Shown in pieces: positions 33,501 through 42,284 of a stretch of 64,000 bases of DNA. The position numbers were made by a program, and so were the translations under genes. The notes under the pieces were generated by a model. It ran no database searches. It was not told the origin of the DNA and saw only the letters and a program-made list of their open reading frames with translations. This DNA is from Cyanophora paradoxa CCMP329 (Eukaryota; Plantae; Glaucophyta), in contig QPMI01000546.1 of NCBI GenBank assembly GCA_004431415.1, positions 116,657-180,656 on the forward strand, in the 5' to 3' direction. The first letter of the stretch is position 1. Each line of letters opens with the position of its first letter.

Positions 33501-35905
33501 CGGGCAGGCGGGTGCTGGTGTTCACGGACGGGGCGGACACGGGCTCGAGCGCGGACCCCTTCGAGCTCTGCCGCCTCCTCGCCGCCGCCCGCGTCGCCGT
33601 CGACGCCGTCCTCCTCGGTCCGCCCCCGCCCCGCCCAGCCCCTTGGCCTCCTCCAGCTCTCCCTGCGGCCCTCCGTCCCGCGCCTCCTCCTGCTCCCCCC
33701 CTCACCTGGGGGCAGGGCCGGCCGGGGAGACGGACGCCGACCTGAAGGCCCTCGTCCACGCCACCGGCGGGCCCGCCCCGCCCCGCCCCGCCCCGCCCAG
33801 CGTGGGCACCCGGCCTGAGCCGCCCCGCTCGGGCCGGGCAGGTACTGCTTCCGCCCGGGGAACCTCCCCGAGGCCATGCGCCTCTTCGAGAACGAGTGCG
33901 CCCGCCTCGCCCCCGGAGCCCGCGCCCGACGGGCGCCTCCGATTCTAGCTCTAAGCGCGCTCTACATTTAGCTCTGAGCTGTGAAGCGTCTGCAACTCTA
34001 AGCTTTTAAGCCTCCCCCGCTCACTTCTCCCGCTCCTCTCACGCCGGCCCGGCCCCGCAGGTGCGTCCTGCAGTACGAGGGGCGCGCGAACGCCGCCGCC
34101 CCCACCGCCGCCCCCGCCGTCCCCGGCACCCGCGCCGAGGTCCGGCCGCCCTCCCCTCCCCTCTCCTATCACCTCTCACCGCCGCCGCAGTTCGCGGCCT
34201 TCGCGACCCGGCCCGACGACCGGGACCCGCAGCGGCGCCCGCCCCCGCAGCTTTCCGTGAGCCCGGTGGGGCAGAGGCTCGCCCCGCGCGCTGAGCTGAG
34301 CTGGCGGGGGCCGGCGGGGTCAGGCGCGGGTGCAGCCGCTGGAGCGGACGGTGGGGAGCGCGGCGGCGCACAACGCGCCGGGGAGGGCGGGGGACCTCCC
34401 CTCGCGCCGCCGCCTCCAGCGCATCCTCCGCGAGGCCGCCCACTACCATGCGCGCCCCGGCCCCGGCCCCGGCCCCAGGCCCCCGCCCCCTCCTCGCCGG
34501 CTCACGCGTACGCGGGGGGCGCAGCGGGAGCCGCACGGGCGCATCCACGTCTTCCCCTGCGAGAGCGACCTCACCTTCTGGCAGGCCCGCCCCCGCCCCC
34601 GGCCCCCCCCCCCGGCCCCCCGCCTTCCTTTTTCGCGAGGCTTGGCGGCGCAGGCGCTGCTGGAGGGCCCCGAGGGTTCGCCCTACGCCGGCGGCACCTT
34701 CCTCCTCTACGTTCGCTTCCCCGACGCCTACCCCTGGCCCCCCCCCCCCCCCCCCCCCCCTCCCCCGCCTCTCTCCGACTGTACCCCTCTCTGACGGGGG
34801 TACAGGCGGCGCCCGAGGTGCGGTTCGTGACGCCAATCTACCACTGCAACGGCGCGCCCGGCCCCGCCGCCTCGCATATAACGCCTCCGGCCGCCCCCCT
34901 TTGAGCCGCCCCCTCATGCGCAGTGAACTCGGCGGGGCGGGTCTGCCACTCGGTCTTCGACCGCAACTGGACGCCCGACACCTCCACGCGCACCGTAGGC
35001 CCCGCCACCCCAGCCTCCCCCCCTCCCGACCCTTTCTCACATCTGTGCCCCCGGGCAGGTGCTGGACTGCGTGTACGGGCTGCTGCTGGAGCCGGAGCCC
35101 GACGACCCCCTCGACTCCACCGCCGCCGCCCAGTACCACGCCCAGGTCCCTTACCCCCCCCCCCCCCCCCCCCCCTCCCCTCCGCCCTCTCTTTCTTTCT
35201 GAAGGGGCGGGCAGTACCACGCGTACGTGGAGGCGGCGGTCGCCACCACCCGCGTGCGCCCCCGCCCCGCCCGCGCCCCTCGTTGCCTCGCTCGCGCGCC
35301 TCGCCTAGGCCTCCGGCTGACGCCTCGGCTCGGCGCGGCGCAGGAGAAGGCGGGGAAGACGGTGGCGCAGTGGCGCGCCGAGCTCCTCGCCGCCGGCCCG
35401 CCGCCCCGGGCGCCCGCCCCGTGCGCCCGCGCCGCCCCGCCCCGACTGACCCTGGGCCGAGGCCTCCCAGGGCCTGATGAGCTGAGGGGGCGGGGCGGGG
35501 GCAGGGCCGGAGGAGGAGCCGCCGGGGGACCTGGTGTGCCCCATCACGGGCGCCCTCTTCGTCGACCCCGTCCTCTCCCGCCCCTCGTCCGCACTCCGCG
35601 CCCGGGCCCCCTCCCCCGGCCCCCGAGCGCGCTGATCGGGGGCGGCGCGGGGCCAGGGGTGTGACGTACGAGCGGGGGGCGTTGCGGGAGCACATCGCGC
35701 GGGCGCAGCGCGAGGGGCGCCCGGCCCTCGACCCCGTCACCCGCCAGGCGCCCCTCCCCCCCCTCCCCCCTCCCTCCCCCCCTCCCCCCTGACGTGGACG
35801 CGCGCCGCGGGGCAGGCGATCTCGCTGCGGGACCTCATCCCGAACCGGGCGGCGCGGGACCTCGCGCAGCGCTGGCGCGCCCAGCACCCGGGCGCCCCCG
35901 CCTAG
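27508..35905 (+). CDS. Multi-exon multidomain protein: Par3/HAL-N-like, FxF repeats, acidic tract, J-domain, Cys cluster, two ubiquitin-like domains, VWA, UBC (E2), U-box (E3)
   Basis: MKLNVTVAGTSFVVPCGDG..DDEDLVADVLNDNELVIAEV; LARQFHPDK (HPD 29184-29192); KCGCVAQSCGAWCACRGCH; FRVKTLAG..GRTLGPEQTLFSAGIQEGETLVYIV; VWA LLDVSDSM..SRMDAVKALF..GTRIFDAL..LVFTDGAD; UBC WQALLEGPEGSPYAGGTF..IYHCNVNSAGRVCHS (Cys 34944-34946); U-box LVCPITGALFVDPV..SGVTYER..DPVTRQ..LIPN; TAG 35903-35905. Continuity requires a few 1-nt homopolymer corrections. Confidence 0.8.
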
Positions 35906-35960
35906 CCCGCCCCGGCCCCGGCCCCGCCCCGTACGTATATATATACCCGCCCCCCGCCGG

Positions 35961-38900
35961 AGATTCCGGTACCCCGGAAAATTGAGCGAAGGCCCGCGAG
36001 CGAGTAAGCCGGCGCAGTGGGGCTTCCCAAACGCGGGTGCCTGCTAGCACTGCACGTGGCTGGTCCCAAAACTCGCGCGGCCGACGCTCTGTAGCTTAGT
36101 TCAACCGAACGCGAGCTGCAGCCTCCCCCAGCCGCCCAGCCGCCTTCCCATGGCGGCAAGTCCCGCCAAAGAGGCGGCGACCACGTCGGAAGCGCCCCAG
36201 GACGCCCCGACGTCCCGTCCTCTCCTCACGGTCGCCTTTTTGAATGTCGAAAGCCTCGCAGGCATCTCTCGCCGCATCTGGCTCGCAGGCTGGCTCAAAC
36301 GCACCAAAGTCGACGTCCTCGGCATCATAGACCACCGACTCCGCCCGCGCCAGATCGCGCACTTCGCCCAGCGCATCGACTCCGCCTGGCGAGTGCTCAT
36401 TCCACCGGCCGCAGAGCTCAAACCCAACATCTGGAGCAGAGGAACGGGCTTCCTCGTCCGCAAGAACATCCCGGCTCTCCCGGGAGCGACAGCGACGCTC
36501 GTCCCCCTCCCCCCCACGCCCGGCGTCGCGCCGCACGACCTCACAGTCCTGCGCCTAGAGAGCGATACGAACGCGTACCATATCATCTGTATATACGCGC
36601 CTAACGACGTTGCCTCGCAGAAGCGCCTCACGGAGGGCGCAGCACTAGCGATCGACTCCCTGGCGATCCCCCCGGATGACGCCCTCATCCTCGGAGGCGA
36701 TCTCAACGCCTACGCACTCCCGCACCTAGAAAGCCGGCGCCGCGCCGGTGCCCCGCCCCCGTTCGGGCACTGGAAAACTCTCCTCGCAGACCTGAACCTG
36801 TTCGATGAGCACCGGCGCTGGCGCCCCCGTGACCGCATCTACACGCGATGGCACCGCAAGACGAACCGCTTCGACCAGAACGCGGCGCGCCTCGACCACG
36901 TCTTCCTCTCAGCTGATCTGTGCGTAGCCGCAGAACGCGTCGGCATCCTGCGCACGGCGGGAGCGGCCCCACGCCCCGACCACGACGCCGTCTACGCGCG
37001 CCTGCACACCGACGCCGTGCTGGAGCCCCGCAAGTCCCGCTTCCGGCTCCTCGATAGCGTCCTTCGCCTGCCCGACTTCCAGAGGGAAGTCCGGAAGATC
37101 ACGGCAGCCGCGCTCCCGCGCCAGCCGGCCCGTAACACCGCAGACTGGCAACGCTGGCTCGATGACCTCTTCGCCGAATACAGAGAGATCGCCCGCCACT
37201 CCCGCCCGCACGCTGACTCGGCCCGCCGCGAAGCGCGCGATACGATTGCAGGCCTCTGGCGCGACGCGGAACAGGCGCTCCAAGACGCCGAGCTCAACAC
37301 TACCGAAGAAGACTATGTCATCGCCGACATGGGCTACCTCGCCGTTCAGGAAGCCGCGCTTGACGCCGCCGACGCCGCTCTTAGCTCCCGCAAGCACCTA
37401 GAGCGCTCCCTAGCGCACGCGCACACCGTCCCCCCGGACCTAGCCCGCCACATCAAGTACTCCTCGGCTAACAACCGCATGCGCTCCCTACAGCCGTACC
37501 CCCCTAGCGAGGGTACCCCCGCGGCGACGACGGAGGAGGACATGGCGGCCTACGCCTGCGCATACTACACCGAGCTCCTCGCGGCCCAGCGCCCGCTCCC
37601 CCCCGACCTCCCGGCGACCCCGCCGCAGCCCCAGCCGCTGCGGTCGGACCCGCCGGCTCCGCCAGTTCCACGGGCGCAAGAGCATTCCCATGCTCGCCCA
37701 GCTACACCCGCGGGGTCTGAGCCAGACGGCGCTCGCTCGCATGCATCGGGGTCTGAGCCGGACGACGCTCGCCCGAGGACGACCACAGGGCCCTCGGGCC
37801 CGGTGGACGTGACCCCGGAAGCCGCCGAGGCTTTCCCGGCGGTGGTGGCCAAGCTCCGCGCTGCCTACCTCCTTACGCCTGAGGACCCCCTCTCCCACGA
37901 GGAGGCGGAGCTCCTCTCCCGCTGCACTGACACAGCGCCCCCGCACTTGTGCCCTCCGATGCGCGCCCCCTATACGGTCGGCGAAGTCGAGACATGCCTT
38001 AAAGACATGAATAAGTCAACGGCGCCGGGCGAGGACGGCCTCACCGTTAAATTCTATCTCACGTTCTGGGACATCCTCGGCCCAATAGTCACGGAGAGCT
38101 ACAACTGCGCACGGGCCCTGGGCACCCTTTCCGAGCGTCAGCGCACGGGCCTGATTCAACTGCTCTATAAGAAGGGCGACCGCGATAAGATACAGAACTG
38201 GCGCCCGATCACCCTCCTGCAAATAGACCGCCGCCTACTCGGGGCGGTCCTAGCCAAGCGCATTGCACCCGCATGCCAGCACACGATCAGCTCCGTGCAG
38301 ACGGGCTTTATGCAGGACCGCTGTGGCTCAGACAATGTCTGGCAGATGCAAGCTGTTATCCGTCATGCGGACCGGCAGGGCATGCACGTAGTCATTCTGA
38401 ACACCGACTTCGAAAAAGCGTACGACCGTGTGGAGCACCTCTATGCACTCCGCGTCCTCGCAGTGCAGGGATTCCCACTGGAGTTCCTAGCCGACGTCCG
38501 CGCCGTCACTAAAGGCGCGCGATCAAAACTGATGATCAACGGGACCATCTTCCCCATCATTATCCCAGTGACACGCAGCGCGCTTCAGGGCGACCCGTTC
38601 GCCTGTATGTTCTTCAACACGCAACAGGAGCCCACCACACGCGACATCCTCGCCGACCCGGAAATTACCGGTGTACCCGCCCCCCGAGAACCCCGGATCG
38701 AATCCAAGCTAGTCCAATATGCAGACGACGCAGCGCACTCACTCAAGATAGATCACCGCAGCCCCGATCCGGGCCGCCCGGTCAAGAAGACCATAGCTAA
38801 GTATCAGAAAGCGGGGAAATACAACGGCTCCTCGCTCAACCTGGGCAAAACCGAGGGCATGCTGGCGGGCGCGGCGGCACCAGCAAAGCGACCCGGCCAG

Positions 38901-41076
38901 CCAACGGCGCTCCCGGAATGGACCCAGTCAATCCCGATCCGCTGGGTCAAGACGACGTCCACGCTGGGCATCCCCCTCGGCCCACATGGTGACTTCGATG
39001 CTCGCCCCTATTGGGCTAAGCGAGTTGACGGCATGCGCAGCCGCCGCGCACGCTGGAACCTGCGAGGGATGCGCGTCCACCAGCGCGTATACGTCGCCAC
39101 GGCCATCATAGCGTCTGTCAACATGTACGCCGCCGCCTTCCTCCCGTGCCCCCCGGCGTCTCTCCAGGAGATGAAAGACGAATACTGGGCCGCAATCTGG
39201 CCCCCGTCCGCAGATGCTCCCGCGCAACGGCGCCGCACACGAGGCAGAATCTCACGCGCGCGCGCCGTGCTCCCGCTGTCCCACGGCGGCATCGGCGCCC
39301 TAGACATTGAGAGCCGCCTCCTGGCCCAAGCAGGCACGTACATCCGCGCGCTCTGCGACCCCTCGTTCGCCGTCTGGAAGCTCTTCGCAGCGGAGGACGT
39401 GCCGGACCTTGTACCGAAGAAGTACGCCGCGGCCGCAGCGGCCCTCGGGCTCTGCGCGCTAGGCGCCGACCTCCGCTTCAAACCGTACGCTTCTCTCCTT
39501 CCGAAACAAGGGCCCCTGGCCCCAGCCATACGTACACTCAGCCTCCTGCGCCCCCAAGCAGATGGCCCGCTGCCGCTACGCCAACCGCCCTACCGAGCCC
39601 TCTCCTCGCTCCCGCTCACCCGGGACAGCTTCCGTGCCGAGCCCCTCTGGCTCAACCCGATCCTCGCCCCCCCCGGCCAGACCTGGGGCCTGCTCGCCGT
39701 CGACGTACCCCTCGCCGCGAAGCTCACGTCTGTGTACCAGATCACGGGCCCGGCCCCGCAGAACCTCTCCCCGGCGGCGTATGCCCGCCTCAACGAGATC
39801 CGCACCCAGGTGCGACGGCGGGCCTCCCAGCTCGGCCTAGACCCGATTGATACCCCGCCCCGCGCCGTCCTCCCCGGCTCTGACCCTCGCCTTTGGCTCA
39901 CTGCCGCCCAGCCGGAAGCAGGGGCGGGCCCCCGCAGGCCGGCCTCCGGCCCCGTCCTCCTCACGTCACCAGGAAACCCACCCCTGGGCAGCGTCGCCCC
40001 CACCCTCCCGGACGGCACGGTGCTTGCCCCAAGAGGCCCGCCGGCCCCCCTCCCGGCCGCCCCCGCGCTCCTGCCCCGAGCCCTGATCATCACGGTCCCC
40101 CCGGGATCCGCCAAACAGAAAGCCCGGTGGCCCGAAGGCCGCCGAGTCTCCGCGGGCCGCCGCGATCGCGCACCCTGGATCCACGAAGGGCTCACGTATC
40201 GCACCCCCCTCGGCCCCCGCCCTTGGCAGCCGCCGCCGCCCCCGCGGCAGCCGCCGCCGCCCCCGCGCCGATCGCCGCTCCCGCGCCCGCCCCGGGCCCG
40301 GCCCCCGCCCCTGGCCCCGCCCCGGCCAACATCACGCTCGCCAACTACCAGGCCACCCAGAAGCTCCTCACCGAGCTCACGGCGGCCATCGGCGGCCCCG
40401 CCGCCGTCGAGGCCTACCTCGCAGGCCGCCGCGCCGCGGCGGAGGACAACGCAGCGGCGTAGACGCCCTAGGATCTTCCTAGAACTAAGGCCTCCGGCCA
40501 CCTCCTTTTCTTTCTTTCTTTCTCCTTAGTCACTCTGTCGTACCAGAGCGGCCCTACGGCCTCGCTCTCCTTTTAAGGGTGAGACACTCAGCTGTCCTGT
40601 ATGCTCTGTGAAGCAAAGCCAGGCGCCCGCTCACGACCACTGCTCAAGCCACCCACGCCACTCGCCCCGCACCTTAGCCCCGGCCCCGCAGGGCCCCCAC
40701 TTAGCCCGTGCTCACCTCCCTCCTGCGTACCTAGCCCCATCCCGGCTCCCCGGGACACCCGCCCCGCGCCCCTCACGCCCAAAGATAGGGGGATGTGCAA
40801 CCGCCCTAGGCCTGTACTACCCCCCACCCCACCCTACCCCCCCACCCCCCCCAACAGACCACGCACCGCCGACGCGAGCCCAAGTAGGACACCCCGCCCA
40901 AGCTCTCCCCCACCCTGAACGCTTCTAGTTAGCGTCGAAGCGCCTATCCCTGTGTAGCGGCCACAGGTTATGAGCTGACCCAGAGTTCGGCCCAGTCCGA
41001 ACCGGTAGTGCATACGATGAAGTTAGCTAACTGAAAATAACATCATCGCCCAAGAATTGGGCTATCCTGAAAAAAA
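35961..41076 (+). mobile_element. Non-LTR retrotransposon (APE endonuclease + RT, L1/Tx1-like RT), single ORF
   Basis: Exact 15-bp TSD CCCGCCCCCCGCCGG at 35946-35960 and 41077-41091; A7 tail at 41070-41076; intronless long ORF inside. Confidence 0.93.
36150..40529 (+). CDS. APE-type endonuclease / reverse transcriptase polyprotein (true C-terminus may be the shifted frame ending at 40462)
   Basis: EN: FLNVESL, GTGFLV, ICIYAPN, LGGDLN, YTRW..ARLDHVF, PDHDAV; RT: APGEDG, YKKGD..NWRPITLL, QTGFM, DFEKAYDRVEH, QGDP, QYADD, LNLGKT, GGIG..DI. Confidence 0.93.
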   Translation: MAASPAKEAATTSEAPQDAPTSRPLLTVAFLNVESLAGISRRIWLAGWLKRTKVDVLGIIDHRLRPRQIAHFAQRIDSAWRVLIPPAAELKPNIWSRGTGFLVRKNIPALPGATATLVPLPPTPGVAPHDLTVLRLESDTNAYHIICIYAPNDVASQKRLTEGAALAIDSLAIPPDDALILGGDLNAYALPHLESRRRAGAPPPFGHWKTLLADLNLFDEHRRWRPRDRIYTRWHRKTNRFDQNAARLDHVFLSADLCVAAERVGILRTAGAAPRPDHDAVYARLHTDAVLEPRKSRFRLLDSVLRLPDFQREVRKITAAALPRQPARNTADWQRWLDDLFAEYREIARHSRPHADSARREARDTIAGLWRDAEQALQDAELNTTEEDYVIADMGYLAVQEAALDAADAALSSRKHLERSLAHAHTVPPDLARHIKYSSANNRMRSLQPYPPSEGTPAATTEEDMAAYACAYYTELLAAQRPLPPDLPATPPQPQPLRSDPPAPPVPRAQEHSHARPATPAGSEPDGARSHASGSEPDDARPRTTTGPSGPVDVTPEAAEAFPAVVAKLRAAYLLTPEDPLSHEEAELLSRCTDTAPPHLCPPMRAPYTVGEVETCLKDMNKSTAPGEDGLTVKFYLTFWDILGPIVTESYNCARALGTLSERQRTGLIQLLYKKGDRDKIQNWRPITLLQIDRRLLGAVLAKRIAPACQHTISSVQTGFMQDRCGSDNVWQMQAVIRHADRQGMHVVILNTDFEKAYDRVEHLYALRVLAVQGFPLEFLADVRAVTKGARSKLMINGTIFPIIIPVTRSALQGDPFACMFFNTQQEPTTRDILADPEITGVPAPREPRIESKLVQYADDAAHSLKIDHRSPDPGRPVKKTIAKYQKAGKYNGSSLNLGKTEGMLAGAAAPAKRPGQPTALPEWTQSIPIRWVKTTSTLGIPLGPHGDFDARPYWAKRVDGMRSRRARWNLRGMRVHQRVYVATAIIASVNMYAAAFLPCPPASLQEMKDEYWAAIWPPSADAPAQRRRTRGRISRARAVLPLSHGGIGALDIESRLLAQAGTYIRALCDPSFAVWKLFAAEDVPDLVPKKYAAAAAALGLCALGADLRFKPYASLLPKQGPLAPAIRTLSLLRPQADGPLPLRQPPYRALSSLPLTRDSFRAEPLWLNPILAPPGQTWGLLAVDVPLAAKLTSVYQITGPAPQNLSPAAYARLNEIRTQVRRRASQLGLDPIDTPPRAVLPGSDPRLWLTAAQPEAGAGPRRPASGPVLLTSPGNPPLGSVAPTLPDGTVLAPRGPPAPLPAAPALLPRALIITVPPGSAKQKARWPEGRRVSAGRRDRAPWIHEGLTYRTPLGPRPWQPPPPPRQPPPPPRRSPLPRPPRARPPPLAPPRPTSRSPTTRPPRSSSPSSRRPSAAPPPSRPTSQAAAPRRRTTQRRRRPRIFLELRPPATSFSFFLSP

Positions 41077-41213
41077 CCCGCCCCCCGCCGGCCCCGTACG
41101 TGTACATACGACGCGTACGTACGGACAGTCGACGGTACGCCGGGTACGGTATACTTGTATCGAACTCCCGGAGTCCTGATGAAGTTGGGCCTGATCGTGA
41201 ACCCTAGCCTAGT

Positions 41214-41730
41214 AGGCCTGTGTCGCGATCGACTCGCGACGTCGACGGCGATATCGATCGCGAGTTGACGTTGCCAAGCATTAATATATATCCACGATGC
41301 GGGCCGTGCGGCCCTGATGCGGGCCGACATCGCCGAGTCGATGCGGCGCCGGCCGCATGCGGGCCCGGCCGCGGGCCCGGCGCGGGCCCGGGGGCCGGGC
41401 CCGGGGTGCCACGGTGGGGTGCCGGGGCCGCGGGCCGCGGCCGGCCGCCCGGGCCGGGCCCCCCAGGCCCCAGGGGGCCGGGCCGGGCCGGCCGCGGGGG
41501 CCGCACTGCGCAGTGCGGCAGGCCGGTGCCATCATACCGCCGTAGTACGGGGCCGGGGCCGCCCGGGCCGGGGATGCCCTTAAGCCTTGAAGCTTCGAGG
41601 CTTCGCGATCGCCCGCGGCCGGCGCCAACTTCGCCGCCAAGGTAAGTAGTCCCGTACTAGTACGGTACCCCGGAACTCGCGATCGGATTTAAGGTCGCGA
41701 GTCGCGACTCGCGAGTTCTCACGCGAGCTT
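41214..41730. repeat. Degenerate repeat-rich segment (TCGCGA words flanking a CGGGCC-rich core); probable transposon debris
   Basis: Begins TAGGCCTG like the hAT ends nearby; clustered tcgcga/gactcgcga at both sides; no partner TIR or TSD found. Confidence 0.35.
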
Positions 41731-42075
41731 GGGTCACTGCTGGCTCACTGGCAGTCTAGTGGCAGAGTCACTGCGGCTTATTGCAATTGGTCGGAGCGCC
41801 ATGGCCCCATGGCCAGGGGACACTGCATGGCCGGACATGTACACTGGTCACGGTGTTTTTTATACGTACCCGGATTGGCTGCGAAACGCCGAGCCAATGG
41901 TTGTCGCCCCATGACAAGCAGTACCCCCGGGCGGAAGCCGGCCGGACTCCCGCGGCAGCGTCCGTCATCGTCATGATCATATGCATATATGTATATATAC
42001 GTATATGCAACAGCTGAGATTGCGGATACTACCGGTATAGCTAGTAGTACGTATCGCGTAGTACGTCGACGCGTA

Positions 42076-42284
42076 CTGTAGGAATGCTTTTTTAGCCGAT
42101 GTTTTGGATTGCCGTAAATTGCCGAGAGGCCGAATTCGGCAATTTAGACTCACCGCAATTCTCAGGGGGTAGGGCTAAACGGCTGCTTTTGTATGGCGCC
42201 ATAGAAAAGATCCAGAGTTTCGGCAATTTATCGCCACGGCAATTCCGGTTTGGGTCGAATTCGGCAATTTAAGCATTCCTACAG
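42076..42284. mobile_element. MITE, copy 2 of the family at 577-816
   Basis: Perfect 14-bp TIR CTGTAGGAATGCTT / AAGCATTCCTACAG; body shares e.g. ATCCAGAGTTTCGGCAATTTATCGCCACGGCAATT with copy 1. Confidence 0.85.

Noticed and set aside
28950-34745. Apparent frameshifts suggesting the E2-E3 gene is a pseudogene (about 28960-29080, 34731)
   Set aside because: The ones I could localise fall in C/G homopolymers and are fixed by one base (e.g. restoring YPLAAPEV spacing); catalytic motifs are intact, so assembly error is more likely. Needs read confirmation.
16453-35905. RING E3 and E2/U-box genes as a functional ubiquitin gene cluster
   Set aside because: Separated by unrelated genes; ubiquitin-system genes are common enough for this to be chance.
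36040-36075. TAGCACTGC..GCTGGTCCCAA resembles a twister ribozyme core
   Set aside because: The P4 closing strand and downstream P2/P1 partners required by the twister fold are missing.
37711-37780. 36-bp tandem duplication in the LINE ORF (GSEPDGARSHAS/GSEPDDARP)
   Set aside because: In-frame expansion of a Pro-rich linker between EN and RT; no evidence of special function.
40945-41010. Three-way junction with TTATGAG, hammerhead-like
   Set aside because: Lacks the CUGANGA and GAAA core sequences in the required positions.
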